IMG/VR virus record: IMGVR_UViG_3300026116_000007
Source: an uncultured virus (IMG/VR IMGVR_UViG_3300026116_000007)
Taxonomy: Duplodnaviria; Heunggongvirae; Uroviricota; Caudoviricetes
DNA: 64,000 nt
Strand: one strand, 5' to 3'
The translations under genes and the position numbers were made by a program. The notes beneath the pieces were generated by a model, which saw only the letters and a list, made by a program, of their open reading frames with translations, was not told the origin of the DNA and made no database searches. Of the stretch, positions 1-10,096 are shown piece by piece. Each line of letters begins with the position of its first letter. The first letter of the stretch is position 1.

Positions 1-972
1 GATATTGACCCACCATTTGTAATTGATGACATTGCAGACCAAACACTAGAGCGGAAAAGATTATCATTTTTCATTTCTGCAATGACATCCTTGGTTGATA
101 GGACGCGAATTGAGGGGGCCATTCATGAGGAGGAAGTCTACTCAATCATGAAGACAATCCGCGTTGCAGGTGACGAAGACTCGACTTATACAACTTATGA
201 TAGGCGCAAATACAGTGAAAGAAAACACACGAAGGCTGTTCCTTTCTTTATAGGGGTTCTCAACAGAGCAATGGGAAGTCTCCATGCTGGAGATTACACC
301 CTCATCGTAGCAAGATTAGGAACAGGCAAATCATTGATAACCCAGTGGCAAGCCCGTGAGTGGATGCTATCTGGGATGAAGGTTCTATTTGTGTCCCAAG
401 AGATGTTGGCTAACGAAATATTTGCCCGTATAGATGGGATGGTGGCAAGCTTCAATCCCTTATCGTTAAGGTCAGACATCGACAAAGCACTTGAGTCAAA
501 ACTTCAGGTGGCCAAACTTACCGCTAAAATGTCAAAGGGGGAGATTTATGCACCACGAGGAATAAGGACACCTGAGCAAGTGGCAATGGCAGCAAAGTTC
601 TTTATGGTTGATGCTATCATTGTAGATGGAGTTTATCAAATGGCCCCTGATTTGCTCCATCCTCCATCAGCAAAATGGGAACGTATCGCTGAAACATCGT
701 CTCAATTGAAACAACTTGCTCAAGTCACAAAACTTCCAATGTTGGCCACAACTCAAATCAAGCGAGTTGGCCGAACAATGGGGTTTACTCCTGAGGATTT
801 GGCTTATGCTGATGCTCTTGGCCAAGACGCTGACCAAATCATTTCGTTAGAGACTGACATCGCATATCCAAATAGGTTGATGACCGAAATAATCAAGAAC
901 AGGTATGGTCCTCCTATGAGCTCACTTGTTGAACTTGACTTTGAGACAATGAAAATAGAGGAGGTGAGATGA
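1..972 (+). CDS. dnaB: Replicative DNA helicase, DnaB-like (5' truncated by window edge)
   Basis: Walker A-like ARLGTGKS, SQEM, Walker B IIVDG, QDAD and IIKNRYG motifs; frame is open from base 1, so the true start lies upstream. Confidence 0.9.
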   Translation, partial: DIDPPFVIDDIADQTLERKRLSFFISAMTSLVDRTRIEGAIHEEEVYSIMKTIRVAGDEDSTYTTYDRRKYSERKHTKAVPFFIGVLNRAMGSLHAGDYTLIVARLGTGKSLITQWQAREWMLSGMKVLFVSQEMLANEIFARIDGMVASFNPLSLRSDIDKALESKLQVAKLTAKMSKGEIYAPRGIRTPEQVAMAAKFFMVDAIIVDGVYQMAPDLLHPPSAKWERIAETSSQLKQLAQVTKLPMLATTQIKRVGRTMGFTPEDLAYADALGQDADQIISLETDIAYPNRLMTEIIKNRYGPPMSSLVELDFETMKIEEVR

Positions 973-1199
973 AAAAAGGCCAACTCTCAATAAAGAAAGT
1001 GAATGAGGCTTCAAAAGTAGTTTCGATGAGGATTGAATGTGGAAACTGCAAGTGGCGATTTACTGAGGACACGGAAAAACTTTCTATCATGGGATATGAC
1101 CATGAGTGTGAACTTTGTGGTTCACACGGTAGTGTAGATGTAAATGTTACTTGCCCCAAATGCAAGAAAAACCTAACAATCGAGATAAGGAGCTGGTAA
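969..1199 (+). CDS. Small Zn-ribbon protein
   Basis: Three CxxC pairs; ATGA overlap with helicase stop; GGAGG RBS. Confidence 0.7.
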   Translation: MKKGQLSIKKVNEASKVVSMRIECGNCKWRFTEDTEKLSIMGYDHECELCGSHGSVDVNVTCPKCKKNLTIEIRSW

Positions 1200-1357
1200 T
1201 GAAAAATGAAAACATTCAATTTGTCCTGATGGTTATAGGCTCAATCTGTTCTCTTGGAGGATTGTTTGCATCAGCAATTACAAATAATCCTAACTTCTTC
1301 TTGTATGGATACCCAGCTGGTGCAATCATCCTACTCATTATGAGGAGAAGAGCATGA
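1199..1357 (+). CDS. Small two-TM membrane protein
   Basis: TAATG coupling, AAGGAG RBS, two hydrophobic segments. Confidence 0.6.
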   Translation: MKNENIQFVLMVIGSICSLGGLFASAITNNPNFFLYGYPAGAIILLIMRRRA

Positions 1358-2262
1358 AAGTCTATGACCCAGCTGCTTTAGGACTTCAAATCATGAGTGT
1401 GAACGGAGTAGAGGCAAAGCTTAGGTGTCCGTTCCACTTAGACAAAACCCCAAGTGCAAGATTCAATCTATCTAATGGTCTTTTTCATTGCTTTGGTTGC
1501 GGGCACTCAGCAAATGCCTATCAGTTAGCCAAAGAATTTGGAGGAGAGCTCTCTAAGATTGACATTGCACTTATTCCTCGGACTGACTATGAGGAGAGGG
1601 AATGGCGACAGCTATCATATTCTAAATTGGCTACCAAGAGCAAATATTTGGAAAAGAGGAAGGTGACCCCAGAACAAATAGAAAAATTTGAGATAATGAA
1701 GAGCAAAGATGGAATTTTATTTCCTATCTTTGACAAAAATGGACTTCTTGTCGGTATTCAGGAACGAAGATTTACTCTTGAACCAAAGTATATGCTTCAT
1801 GGACAACGTACTGCAGTTTGGCCAATGTCAAATCTCAAATATGAAGAATTGCATTTGGTAGAGGGAGTCTTCGGAGTGCTTCGTGCTGACCTTTATGGCT
1901 ACCACGCAGTGTGTACAATGGGGGCAAGTGCTATTCCTCAAGCGGCTAAAGTTCTTGAAGGGCGCCTAGTGAAAATAGCATTTGATGATGACCTCGCAGG
2001 TTATCTCGGAGCATACTCATTCATGAAATTGCATAGGACTTCATATGCTATTCTACCAGGATTAGAAGTTGATGAAACTTCAAAGGTAGAATTTCAAAAT
2101 AAAGTATTCTATGCATCATGTGAAAGGGATATCCTTGGGTATGCCATCAAGACCGAAAACAATCGACTTGCACTAGCAATCAAACGTAAGGAGGAACAAC
2201 ATGAAGTTAAGAAAGCCAGGTCAAATAAAACTTTTGGCTCACGAAGGGTTAGTGTCCGTTAG
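1354..2262 (+). CDS. dnaG: DNA primase (CHC2 Zn finger + TOPRIM)
   Basis: CPFH-D-TPS...FHCFGC zinc finger; VEG and FDDD TOPRIM motifs; next to helicase. Confidence 0.9.
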   Translation: MKVYDPAALGLQIMSVNGVEAKLRCPFHLDKTPSARFNLSNGLFHCFGCGHSANAYQLAKEFGGELSKIDIALIPRTDYEEREWRQLSYSKLATKSKYLEKRKVTPEQIEKFEIMKSKDGILFPIFDKNGLLVGIQERRFTLEPKYMLHGQRTAVWPMSNLKYEELHLVEGVFGVLRADLYGYHAVCTMGASAIPQAAKVLEGRLVKIAFDDDLAGYLGAYSFMKLHRTSYAILPGLEVDETSKVEFQNKVFYASCERDILGYAIKTENNRLALAIKRKEEQHEVKKARSNKTFGSRRVSVR

Positions 2263-2599
2263 TCTCTATGGGAAACAAGTTGTAGGATATGCATTTGGAA
2301 AACATCCTCTTGACGGAATAGTTGTGTGCTTGGCTAAGCCAGAGCTAACAGAGGCTGGTCTTACATGCAACGGACCATGCCTCAATAAGTTTTTCCCATA
2401 CTCAATGGTCAAATTCCTTGATAGGAAGTTGGCCGTACAAATTGAAGAAAAGGATGAGGAGCAAGATGAACCTATTGAGTTGGATACCAATATTGATAGC
2501 GATAGTAATGATAATAATAGTGGGGATATTTTGGACGAGAAGTCTAGCAAAAAGAAACCAAAGAAGAAAGTGAAACAGAAAACAAAGAAAGGAAAGTAA
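2201..2599 (+). CDS. Hypothetical protein with acidic/basic tail
   Basis: AAGGAGG RBS; operon context. Confidence 0.6.
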   Translation: MKLRKPGQIKLLAHEGLVSVSLYGKQVVGYAFGKHPLDGIVVCLAKPELTEAGLTCNGPCLNKFFPYSMVKFLDRKLAVQIEEKDEEQDEPIELDTNIDSDSNDNNSGDILDEKSSKKKPKKKVKQKTKKGK

Positions 2600-3133
2600 A
2601 TGATGGGACTATTTCGTAGAAAAACACCAGACTATTTATCAACTGAGTCAAAGAATATAAAAGCTGGCAAAGGTCGTCCTGACGATAATGAGCTAATAGA
2701 CTCTGAATATGGAACTATTGGTAGTAGCCGCATTTCTGGGGGTTCAAATGCAAGTTACACCTATGAGGAACCCGCAGGAGCTAATAACTTACGGGATGAA
2801 ATTCGTCTCCAAAATCTTGAGCGACAATATGCCCATTTTGGCAATCCACCAGGATATGACCAAGACTGGGCAGAAAAAGAGCATTTTATAGATTGGGATG
2901 AATATTGGGCAAGAGAAGGTGTAAAGACTAAGCAAGGCTTTTTCAAGCGTGAGAGTGATGCTGAGCATCTTGCAAAATTGATACTTAAGGAAAATCCTGA
3001 CATCACTATAAGAGACGCAGTGATTAGGTTCAAGTTACATCCTGACAAAATGCCTGATAATCTAAAGTCTCAAGCTAATGATACTTTGGCGGTGCTAGGT
3101 CAAATGATTGCCAAGCGTGATAAAAAGAAATAA
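2600..3133 (+). CDS. Hypothetical protein with C-terminal J-domain-like HPDK motif
   Basis: IRDAVIRFKLHPDK followed by a helix-like segment. Confidence 0.5.
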   Translation: MMGLFRRKTPDYLSTESKNIKAGKGRPDDNELIDSEYGTIGSSRISGGSNASYTYEEPAGANNLRDEIRLQNLERQYAHFGNPPGYDQDWAEKEHFIDWDEYWAREGVKTKQGFFKRESDAEHLAKLILKENPDITIRDAVIRFKLHPDKMPDNLKSQANDTLAVLGQMIAKRDKKK

Positions 3134-3177
3134 ACAATACTCAACTCAATAACAAATAAAGATGAATAAGGAGATAC

Positions 3178-3402
3178 ATGTATCCCAAAACGACAGTCGA
3201 AGTAACCTGTCCAGCTTGTAAAGAAACTTATAACATCAGGACTGAGACAGAAGAGAAGAAAAGAAATTGCAGATGTGGAAAAGGAACATTTATCATCAAC
3301 CAAGGAACTGGCTTCAACCAAGTAAGAGTGACCTTTATCAATGCAATTGGAATACGTGTTGATTTTACAAATTTTACAGTTGTTGCTCAATCAAAAGAGT
3401 GA
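3178..3402 (+). CDS. Zn-ribbon hypothetical protein
   Basis: CPAC...CRCG; AAGGAG RBS. Confidence 0.65.
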   Translation: MYPKTTVEVTCPACKETYNIRTETEEKKRNCRCGKGTFIINQGTGFNQVRVTFINAIGIRVDFTNFTVVAQSKE

Positions 3403-3659
3403 AAGGAGATAAAATGACAATAAGACTTCCGCCCCTTCATGACGAAACTCTACCTATTCTTACTACATCACAGAAGGTAGACGTTACCACGATTTATTTT
3501 TGTATGACACATAATGGATGTCTCATAAGAGCAGATGTTTTCATCAACAAGGATAATATTATCTGTTGTCGAAAGCATGGAACACCAGTGAGTGACGTAA
3601 CAAATGCCCCCCTAGGTAGAGCTTTCAGAGATTTGGTTCACCCCTATCCGAAGGAGTAA
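3399..3659 (+). CDS. Hypothetical Cys/His-containing protein
   Basis: RBS AAAGGAG before internal ATG; coupled to next gene. Confidence 0.55.
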   Translation: MKGDKMTIRLPPLHDETLPILTTSQKVDVTTIYFCMTHNGCLIRADVFINKDNIICCRKHGTPVSDVTNAPLGRAFRDLVHPYPKE

Positions 3660-4279
3660 TGATGGCTAAGATTTTACCTGATGGATTTACAGAGATGGAA
3701 AGATTTGCTAAAGACCTCAATGAAATTTATCATAGAGCCAAAGTTGGTGGTCTTAGAAAAGGAGTATTGACTCTTACATTTGATGATGGGATGAACTATC
3801 AGCTTTATCTCAATGATATTGAAATTGAGATACATGCAAAGGCCCCTGTAATGGCCATAGGAGATGAAAATTATCAAATTAGTCTAAGTTCATCTATCAT
3901 GAGTCCAGACAAAATTAGTTATACTTATCCTACTCCGTACGGCTATCCAGCTTCATTTGAACATCCTGTTCCGTTGGCTCACCCTAAAGCTGAGTTAGAT
4001 GACCTAGAAAAAGACTCATCAACAGTGGGCCACTCATTCGAGGAGGCCATGCGTTCACTCATCAATGTTGATAGTTTTATTGATAAAGATGATGGCGAAA
4101 GTTTACATGGTGTTGATGCTGCTAAGTCATTACTCGAGCATGCAGAAAGTCTCAAGGAGGACTTCTACAAATATATTGAAGATGATGAACCGGTAGTATG
4201 GAAGATGGTACCACATTGGAAAGGCATTATTCACACCGATGATAATGACCTAGGGATAACATATACAGCAAGTACATAA
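3659..4279 (+). CDS. Hypothetical protein
   Basis: 206 aa ORF, AAGGAG RBS, TAATG coupling. Confidence 0.6.
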   Translation: MMAKILPDGFTEMERFAKDLNEIYHRAKVGGLRKGVLTLTFDDGMNYQLYLNDIEIEIHAKAPVMAIGDENYQISLSSSIMSPDKISYTYPTPYGYPASFEHPVPLAHPKAELDDLEKDSSTVGHSFEEAMRSLINVDSFIDKDDGESLHGVDAAKSLLEHAESLKEDFYKYIEDDEPVVWKMVPHWKGIIHTDDNDLGITYTAST

Positions 4280-4287
4280 GGAGAACC

Positions 4288-4443
4288 ATGGGACTCAAAA
4301 ACATTTCAGAAAGTGAAGCAATGAGTATGCTTCATGTTTGCGATTGTGACGATGATGGGAACCACACAGACCCCGAAGTACATGAGAAGCACTGTTCATA
4401 TGTTGATTACATCACAAGGGAAGAGAAGCTGAGGGACGAATGA
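4288..4443 (+). CDS. Small 51-aa Cys/His protein (below ORF track cutoff)
   Basis: AAGGAG RBS; MGLKNISESEAMSMLHVCDCDDDGNH...; ATGA overlap with next gene. Confidence 0.55.
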   Translation: MGLKNISESEAMSMLHVCDCDDDGNHTDPEVHEKHCSYVDYITREEKLRDE

Positions 4444-4622
4444 TTTTCAAAACAATACGGGTTCTTATCCTAAGTCTTTGCACCTCATTTTGGGTAATTA
4501 GTATTTTAGTGAGTGCAGAAATGATAGGGTGGAGACCAACATTTGTAATTGCTGTAGGTACTACCGTCATAGTCTTATTCTGGTGGCTTCAACTTGACCA
4601 TGTCGGTAAAAAGAATCAATGA
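4440..4622 (+). CDS. Small two-TM membrane protein
   Basis: Hydrophobic 60 aa ORF, ATGA coupling. Confidence 0.55.
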   Translation: MIFKTIRVLILSLCTSFWVISILVSAEMIGWRPTFVIAVGTTVIVLFWWLQLDHVGKKNQ

Positions 4623-4626
4623 TAAT

Positions 4627-4653
4627 GAGGGTCGTTCATAACGGGCGACCCTC
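4627..4653 (+). terminator. GC-rich hairpin ending the plus-strand operon
   Basis: GAGGGTCGTTC-ATAAC-GGGCGACCCTC inverted repeat right after the last plus-strand gene; weak U-tract. Confidence 0.5.
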
Positions 4654-4992
4654 CGTCTGGGGGATATTTCCTTGACACTCTGGTTCATCCAGATGCACGC
4701 CAGGGATAGACGAATAGTTCCATACACGAATAAGTACAAAATGAGCCAGGGTGAACCGAATCATCACTCAGAGCTAACAGCACTGATACGACCTAGACCG
4801 GTGACCTCAGGGTTCACCCAGAGACACGCCACAGACGAACATGATAGGTACTATGCCTTGGTTTATGAGCATCTCTGGGAGGACCGAGTCATCTCTACTA
4901 TAGAATTTGTCTATACAAAATGAAAATAAAGAACCCCATCAAGCTACATAGGGCCTAATGGGGTCTTCTAGTTTGTCGCTTGACTTCTTAGG

Positions 4993-5418
4993 TTACAGTA
5001 GGTGTCCCTCCGCAGGGGTCTCCTTGAAAGTCTTGATGAGGCGAAAGAACCCGAGAGGGGCCAATATCAAAGTTAGTACATAGAATACTGTTTGAACGAT
5101 AACATCATATTGGGCAGGAATAACGTTCACAATATTCTGGAGTTCAGCCACAACGAAAGCAGAGATGGCTAATGATAATGGCTGCGCAAATCCTCGAAGG
5201 TCAATGTTGAACATCTCAAAGAGCCAGGTGAAAGCCGCAGTTAGCAGGAGAAGAAGCCCTGCTCCGATGGCCAAGTTGATTGACTGAGGGACCTGAACAG
5301 CTGAACTTGTTTGAATTGCTGAAGGGGTACTTGGCTGGCCAATGAATAGAACAGCAAGGATACCTGCTATAGCCAGGATTGCAACAAGAGTCCATTTGGG
5401 GTAATTCGAATTGTTCAT
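4993..5418 (-). CDS. Holin-like membrane protein
   Basis: Start MNNSNYP after AAGGAG RBS; several TM segments; end of late operon near endolysin. Confidence 0.55.
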   Translation of the reverse strand: MNNSNYPKWTLVAILAIAGILAVLFIGQPSTPSAIQTSSAVQVPQSINLAIGAGLLLLLTAAFTWLFEMFNIDLRGFAQPLSLAISAFVVAELQNIVNVIPAQYDVIVQTVFYVLTLILAPLGFFRLIKTFKETPAEGHLL

Positions 5419-5426
5419 AATTCTCC

Positions 5427-5561
5427 TTATGTAAGTAGATACAGAATTGTGCCTATGACCATAAGAGCAGTTGCAATAGTTGCGCCTACTCCGACTAGGC
5501 CTACGAAGAATGCCCATGCGATTAGTAACCAACCAACCTTTGACAAAGAAATGTTATTCAT
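5427..5561 (-). CDS. Small hydrophobic protein (lysis cassette)
   Basis: GGAGG RBS; MNNISLSKVGWLLIAW..., almost entirely TM. Confidence 0.5.
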   Translation of the reverse strand: MNNISLSKVGWLLIAWAFFVGLVGVGATIATALMVIGTILYLLT

Positions 5562-5562
5562 G

Positions 5563-6162
5563 TCAACCTCCATTACTCGTAATATAGAGCCGTGCAAGCC
5601 AAAGGACAAACGCTATTAGGCCGGTAACGGCTGCGGCAGTTAGCGTTCCTACTCCCGTGAATAAAATCACCTCCTTTATCTTTTGCGAAGATGGACTACT
5701 TGATGACGCTTTTATTTTATTTTGAGTTGAGCTCTTTGAATTTTGTAAAATCTCCAAATTCTTTTTGAGTGAGTCGAGTTCTATCTGCTGCTTTTGGTGC
5801 TCATATCGTAGACGATCAGTTTCCTCGGTGTCTTCTTCGTGCGTATGAGCCAACGCATTGTATCTCTTCTCTGCAAAATCAAGTTCAAGCGACTTTTTAG
5901 CCAACTCTAACTGAAGGTTATTCTCCTCTAAATTTTGTCGAAATAATCTATAGCTCATTTGCTCGCTAATGGACTCATTTATCTTTTGAATAGTATCAAT
6001 GTTCTGGCGAATGTGAGCAGCTAATGTCTCAGTCAAGATGCGCATTGTGTCTCTTGTGCTAGCATTCGACTCAAGAATATCCTTGAGCTTTGCAACAACT
6101 TGAACTTGGAATAAATCTATTTCCTGCATATCATGAGGAGTAAGTTCTTTTTCATTTGTCAT
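5563..6162 (-). CDS. Coiled-coil protein with C-terminal TM anchor
   Basis: Heptad-rich body, hydrophobic C-terminus; ATGA-coupled to HD-GYP gene. Confidence 0.6.
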   Translation of the reverse strand: MTNEKELTPHDMQEIDLFQVQVVAKLKDILESNASTRDTMRILTETLAAHIRQNIDTIQKINESISEQMSYRLFRQNLEENNLQLELAKKSLELDFAEKRYNALAHTHEEDTEETDRLRYEHQKQQIELDSLKKNLEILQNSKSSTQNKIKASSSSPSSQKIKEVILFTGVGTLTAAAVTGLIAFVLWLARLYITSNGG

Positions 6163-7133
6163 AGTTCACCTGGTAATGAAATGAAAACGCGGTAAATGTC
6201 TGGGTCAAATCCGCTTTTCATTTTCTCCATTTCTTCTAAGGCTTTTTGTCGAGTCAGTGCAGACCTATAAGGACGGTCATTTACGAGTGCGTCGTAAACA
6301 TCTACAAGGGCAAATATTCTTGCCTCTATGGGAATGTCTCTACCTGATAATCCTCTTGGATAACCTGAACCATCCCATCTCTCGTGATGACAATAGGCTA
6401 CCATTGCTGCATCTTTTAGTAGTGGGATATCTTTAAGGAATTCATATCCAATTGTTGCATGACTTTTCATAATGTCTAATTCTTCTTCTGTTAGCTTGCC
6501 TGGCTTCAAAAGAACTCTATCAGGAATTGCAATCTTTCCTACATCATGAACAATTGCTCCAAAGTAAACCTTTCTGATAACTTCTTGGGGTACTCCTAAG
6601 TTGTAGGCTACAGCCATGGCATGCTCAGCTGTTCTTATTGTATGACCAGCAGTCTTTTTATCTCTAAGTTCCATAGCTGTTCCCCAAGCAGTCACAATTG
6701 CGTTGAATGATTGGTCAAGAATAAACTTTTGCTTGAGCGCTTTAGACACATTTCTCATTTCTCTTTTTATCGCTAAAGGAAGTCTAAACAGTCTATCTTT
6801 ACCAATAAAATCTATTGCCCCACTTTCTACTAATGGATATGCGACATCCTCCTCAATTGTTCCTGACACAACAAGAAATGGAATTTCTGGATTATGCTCT
6901 TGACATATATCAAGGGCTTTCTCGGCTGTCAACCTAGGAAGCTTATAGTCACAAATGATAAGGTTCCAATTATCAGATGAAAGTGCCATCCTAAGCGTTA
7001 TTTCATTTTCAACTTTCTTCCATCTGACAGTATATCCTATCTTCTCTATAGTTGTTATCATCCGCATTATGTCATCAGTTGAGCTCTCTATGAATAAGAT
7101 ACTGATATTATTCTCTAAATGAGTGGTTGTCAT
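6159..7133 (-). CDS. Response regulator receiver + HD-GYP cyclic-dinucleotide phosphodiesterase
   Basis: REC: IICDYKLP, VVSG, FIGKD; HD-GYP: GHT-R, HDVGKIAIPD, HHERWDGSGYPRGL, DVYDAL-DRPYR. Confidence 0.92.
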   Translation of the reverse strand: MTTTHLENNISILFIESSTDDIMRMITTIEKIGYTVRWKKVENEITLRMALSSDNWNLIICDYKLPRLTAEKALDICQEHNPEIPFLVVSGTIEEDVAYPLVESGAIDFIGKDRLFRLPLAIKREMRNVSKALKQKFILDQSFNAIVTAWGTAMELRDKKTAGHTIRTAEHAMAVAYNLGVPQEVIRKVYFGAIVHDVGKIAIPDRVLLKPGKLTEEELDIMKSHATIGYEFLKDIPLLKDAAMVAYCHHERWDGSGYPRGLSGRDIPIEARIFALVDVYDALVNDRPYRSALTRQKALEEMEKMKSGFDPDIYRVFISLPGEL

Positions 7134-7995
7134 TTTGCCTCAGAACTCCACGTGTATACTTCATCCATGGAGGTTCTTGTACACCTATAAATGTTAGCAA
7201 AGGCACTATCTCTAAAAAGACTCTTATCTCCATTATAAAACCTATCGTTAGATAAGCGATGATAAGTACAGGGGCAAATATGCACAGGGCGTTCTTTATC
7301 AGTCGTGGCACAAATATCCATTTTGTATGAACCATTGATAGTACCAATAAAAATATTATCATGTGGGAGATGATGATGTATGGATAAATAAGTGCTGTAT
7401 CAATATTTGATAAGAGACGAAACATGGTATCATATCCAGGATAGGTTCTAAATGACCATTCTAGCGCCATCCTAATTGTAAGATAAACAATACCACTCAG
7501 AGAGGTCAAAAGAAATATTTGACGATGAGGTAACCATTTCCAGTTATATACTATAAAGCAAAGTATCAACAAGAATGAGGTTTCACGATTCAAGCATATG
7601 ATAGGAAATAAAAGGAAGAATGCCATCAACCTCCCTCTATGCAATAATGCAAAAGCAAATGAAAATAATGCTACAGTGAGAGCATCATATGTGTGTGGTG
7701 GCCACATTCCTATCATTGCCACGATCAATGAAGTTAGGATGATATAGACTTCTGTTTTTATATCCCCATGATAGAACCCTCTGTGGAAGTAACGTAGAGC
7801 TTCCTCCATTCCAATAAAGGCAAAAATGAGAATAATCCTAACAGAAGTGTCAAATGAGACTCCTGTAATTGCTCTAACACCCCAAGATAGGATAGGAACA
7901 AGTTGCCTATAGACATAAGGACGCTCAGTAATGTCATAAAGGAATTGGTAGCTTAGTCCAGAATATACATAACCTATAAAGATTACGAAGGTCAA
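7108..7995 (-). CDS. Polytopic membrane protein (possibly GT-C-like)
   Basis: About 8-9 hydrophobic segments, PYVYRQLVP and LNRET motifs; function inferred only; start uncertain. Confidence 0.5.
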   Translation of the reverse strand: MTFVIFIGYVYSGLSYQFLYDITERPYVYRQLVPILSWGVRAITGVSFDTSVRIILIFAFIGMEEALRYFHRGFYHGDIKTEVYIILTSLIVAMIGMWPPHTYDALTVALFSFAFALLHRGRLMAFFLLFPIICLNRETSFLLILCFIVYNWKWLPHRQIFLLTSLSGIVYLTIRMALEWSFRTYPGYDTMFRLLSNIDTALIYPYIIISHMIIFLLVLSMVHTKWIFVPRLIKNALCIFAPVLIIAYLTIGFIMEIRVFLEIVPLLTFIGVQEPPWMKYTRGVLRQNDNHSFRE

Positions 7996-8012
7996 CGTCA
8001 GTGCATGCTTTA

Positions 8013-8759
8013 TTATATTTCCTCCACTATTGGAGTATTATCAGTAAGCTGCTTAGGAGGATAATAAACTGGTCCAACCGCTACGTGTGGCCAAAATGCA
8101 ACAGGAGTGTTCCCACTTTTGTACCAAGGATAAGTTGGAGAATTAGGCCAACTGTGAGCCTTTCCATCTGAGCCAGTTGTAGTCGCCGGAGTAAAATATG
8201 CTGGATGAGTTGCAGGGGTGTAAACATATGCTTCAATACTTATTTCACGAAGACTCCTAGGATATGAGTATCCCACCTTCAGAGGAGGCGGTTTAGTCCC
8301 ATCCAAAAAGGTTACCCTATATATTGTTGGCACTTTATCACCTTCTCTATATTTCAACTTAGCAAGGATTTCAGCTGTTGGAACAATAGGGTTCATCTGA
8401 ATTCTTGCATCACCACATGTTCGAGTTTTATCAGTCTCAGGGTCTTTACTTTCCATATCCTCAACCTTCAACCAATTTCTACGCCTTGATTTTCCTGCAG
8501 TTCCTGAACCATTCATGAAGGCTACATTGTCATCCATCATTCTGGAGCACATTTGAATTGAAGCATTATAGTTGATGGCTCTCAAATAGTATTGCCATTG
8601 TTGCCCAAAGGTACAATTGAAGTCATCAAATACAAACACCATAGGAAGATAATGACGGTCTTGCCTACCATTCTCGAAGTCAGTTTTGACCCGATGAGTG
8701 GGATGCAAGCGAAGTTTCCCAGTGTAGAACGAGCCGTCGTTTTCCTCTACGATTATCAT
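8013..8759 (-). CDS. Hypothetical protein downstream of endolysin
   Basis: TAATG coupling with endolysin stop (start MIIVEEND). Confidence 0.6.
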   Translation of the reverse strand: MIIVEENDGSFYTGKLRLHPTHRVKTDFENGRQDRHYLPMVFVFDDFNCTFGQQWQYYLRAINYNASIQMCSRMMDDNVAFMNGSGTAGKSRRRNWLKVEDMESKDPETDKTRTCGDARIQMNPIVPTAEILAKLKYREGDKVPTIYRVTFLDGTKPPPLKVGYSYPRSLREISIEAYVYTPATHPAYFTPATTTGSDGKAHSWPNSPTYPWYKSGNTPVAFWPHVAVGPVYYPPKQLTDNTPIVEEI

Positions 8760-9940
8760 TAGATCCTCGTGAACGTGGTGCACTCCCAAATGCTACCATC
8801 TGCCTGTTGTACAGTAACCTTCACAGGAGGTGTCCCAACTGGAGGTTCAGGATTAGGTACAGGAATATTCGTTCCTCTAAGGTAAGTTCCTGAAGCCCAA
8901 CAATCAGGGCAATTTGAAATTACTCCATGACCATCTGTAATCTGAATAGGGGCACTTGTAAGGTCATGAGTCATTCGTCCATCAATGAGGTGATACCATT
9001 TTGTTGTGCCAATAAGGGTGTACTCCTTGATGAGAACAATTCCATTGAGCGGGATGTCTCCAATATCAGTTCCATCTGCAGTGCTTCCTGGAGTATTCCT
9101 AATATTGAGAGCTCCTGCATTCTGAAGTTCAAACCATTGAATTGTAACAGGGGTTGTAACCATAGGTTCTCCTTGTCCATATGTTTGAGATGGGTCATAG
9201 ATGACCCTATTCATATCAATCTCTAAACTCTCACAACCGAAGTCATGACCTCTAACTGGTGTTCCAAACTGATGAAGCTCAGGAACTGTCCACGGCTTAG
9301 GTATAAGAATTCCGTTACTTGAACCATTACTTGTATAGGCCGCAATCCATAATGGGTGAACCTTTAGGTACTCATATTCAGCTGCATTATTGATTGGATT
9401 ACTGTGGTCAATGAAAAAGTAATACCCAGTATACATCCCAACAATCTTTGATGGGAATGCCTGCTCGATAAGCTTCATGAACGCTACAACGTTCTTTAGG
9501 CCTCCATACTGACCGCCATAAACGAGTTCCCAATCAACCCATATTCTATCTTCAGGCTGGTCGTTTTCAATGAGAGGCTTAAGAACATCAAATTGCTGTT
9601 GAGGACTAACCCTATCATCATAGAACCAATAACATCCTCTAGACATTCCTCGTTGTTTTGCAGCAGTCCAATTTTGTTGGAATGCACTGTCAACCCAGAG
9701 GTTTTGTCCAGCCCTAATGATAATGTTCTTTGTCTTAGAACTCATTACGTCCCAATTGATTGTCCCCTGATAGTAGCTTACATCTGGGAATTCTATTGGG
9801 GTAGCAACAGTTGGTTCAACAGAGAGTTTTGTTCCTCTCGCAGCAAGAAAGTTGACTACTCTGTTGTAGTTTATTCCGTTTGGTGAATAGCTTCCAGCAT
9901 TACTAAAGTAGTGAGCGAATTGATCTGGGACTTGTCCCAT
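8759..9940 (-). CDS. Endolysin, GH25 muramidase with SH3-like C-terminal domain
   Basis: DVSYYQGTINW, IIRAGQ, G-YWF, VDWE, LWIAAY, HQF, IDMN motifs; LNIRNTPG SH3b-like segment. Confidence 0.88.
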   Translation of the reverse strand: MGQVPDQFAHYFSNAGSYSPNGINYNRVVNFLAARGTKLSVEPTVATPIEFPDVSYYQGTINWDVMSSKTKNIIIRAGQNLWVDSAFQQNWTAAKQRGMSRGCYWFYDDRVSPQQQFDVLKPLIENDQPEDRIWVDWELVYGGQYGGLKNVVAFMKLIEQAFPSKIVGMYTGYYFFIDHSNPINNAAEYEYLKVHPLWIAAYTSNGSSNGILIPKPWTVPELHQFGTPVRGHDFGCESLEIDMNRVIYDPSQTYGQGEPMVTTPVTIQWFELQNAGALNIRNTPGSTADGTDIGDIPLNGIVLIKEYTLIGTTKWYHLIDGRMTHDLTSAPIQITDGHGVISNCPDCWASGTYLRGTNIPVPNPEPPVGTPPVKVTVQQADGSIWECTTFTRI

Positions 9941-10096
9941 ATTTTCTCCTAAATATTTTTGTTATCAAGATACCGTTTATTCATGAATACTCCTATCCTA
10001 AATGATTATACTTCAGTATGATGTATATGATATAGAATATAACAACCCAAAAGGGGATGCTAAATAGAAAAGCATAAAGAAGTCCACGAAAGAATT

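Noticed and set aside
4672..4923. 83-aa ORF in the convergence gap
   Set aside because: TTG start without clear RBS, downstream of the terminator hairpin; unsupported
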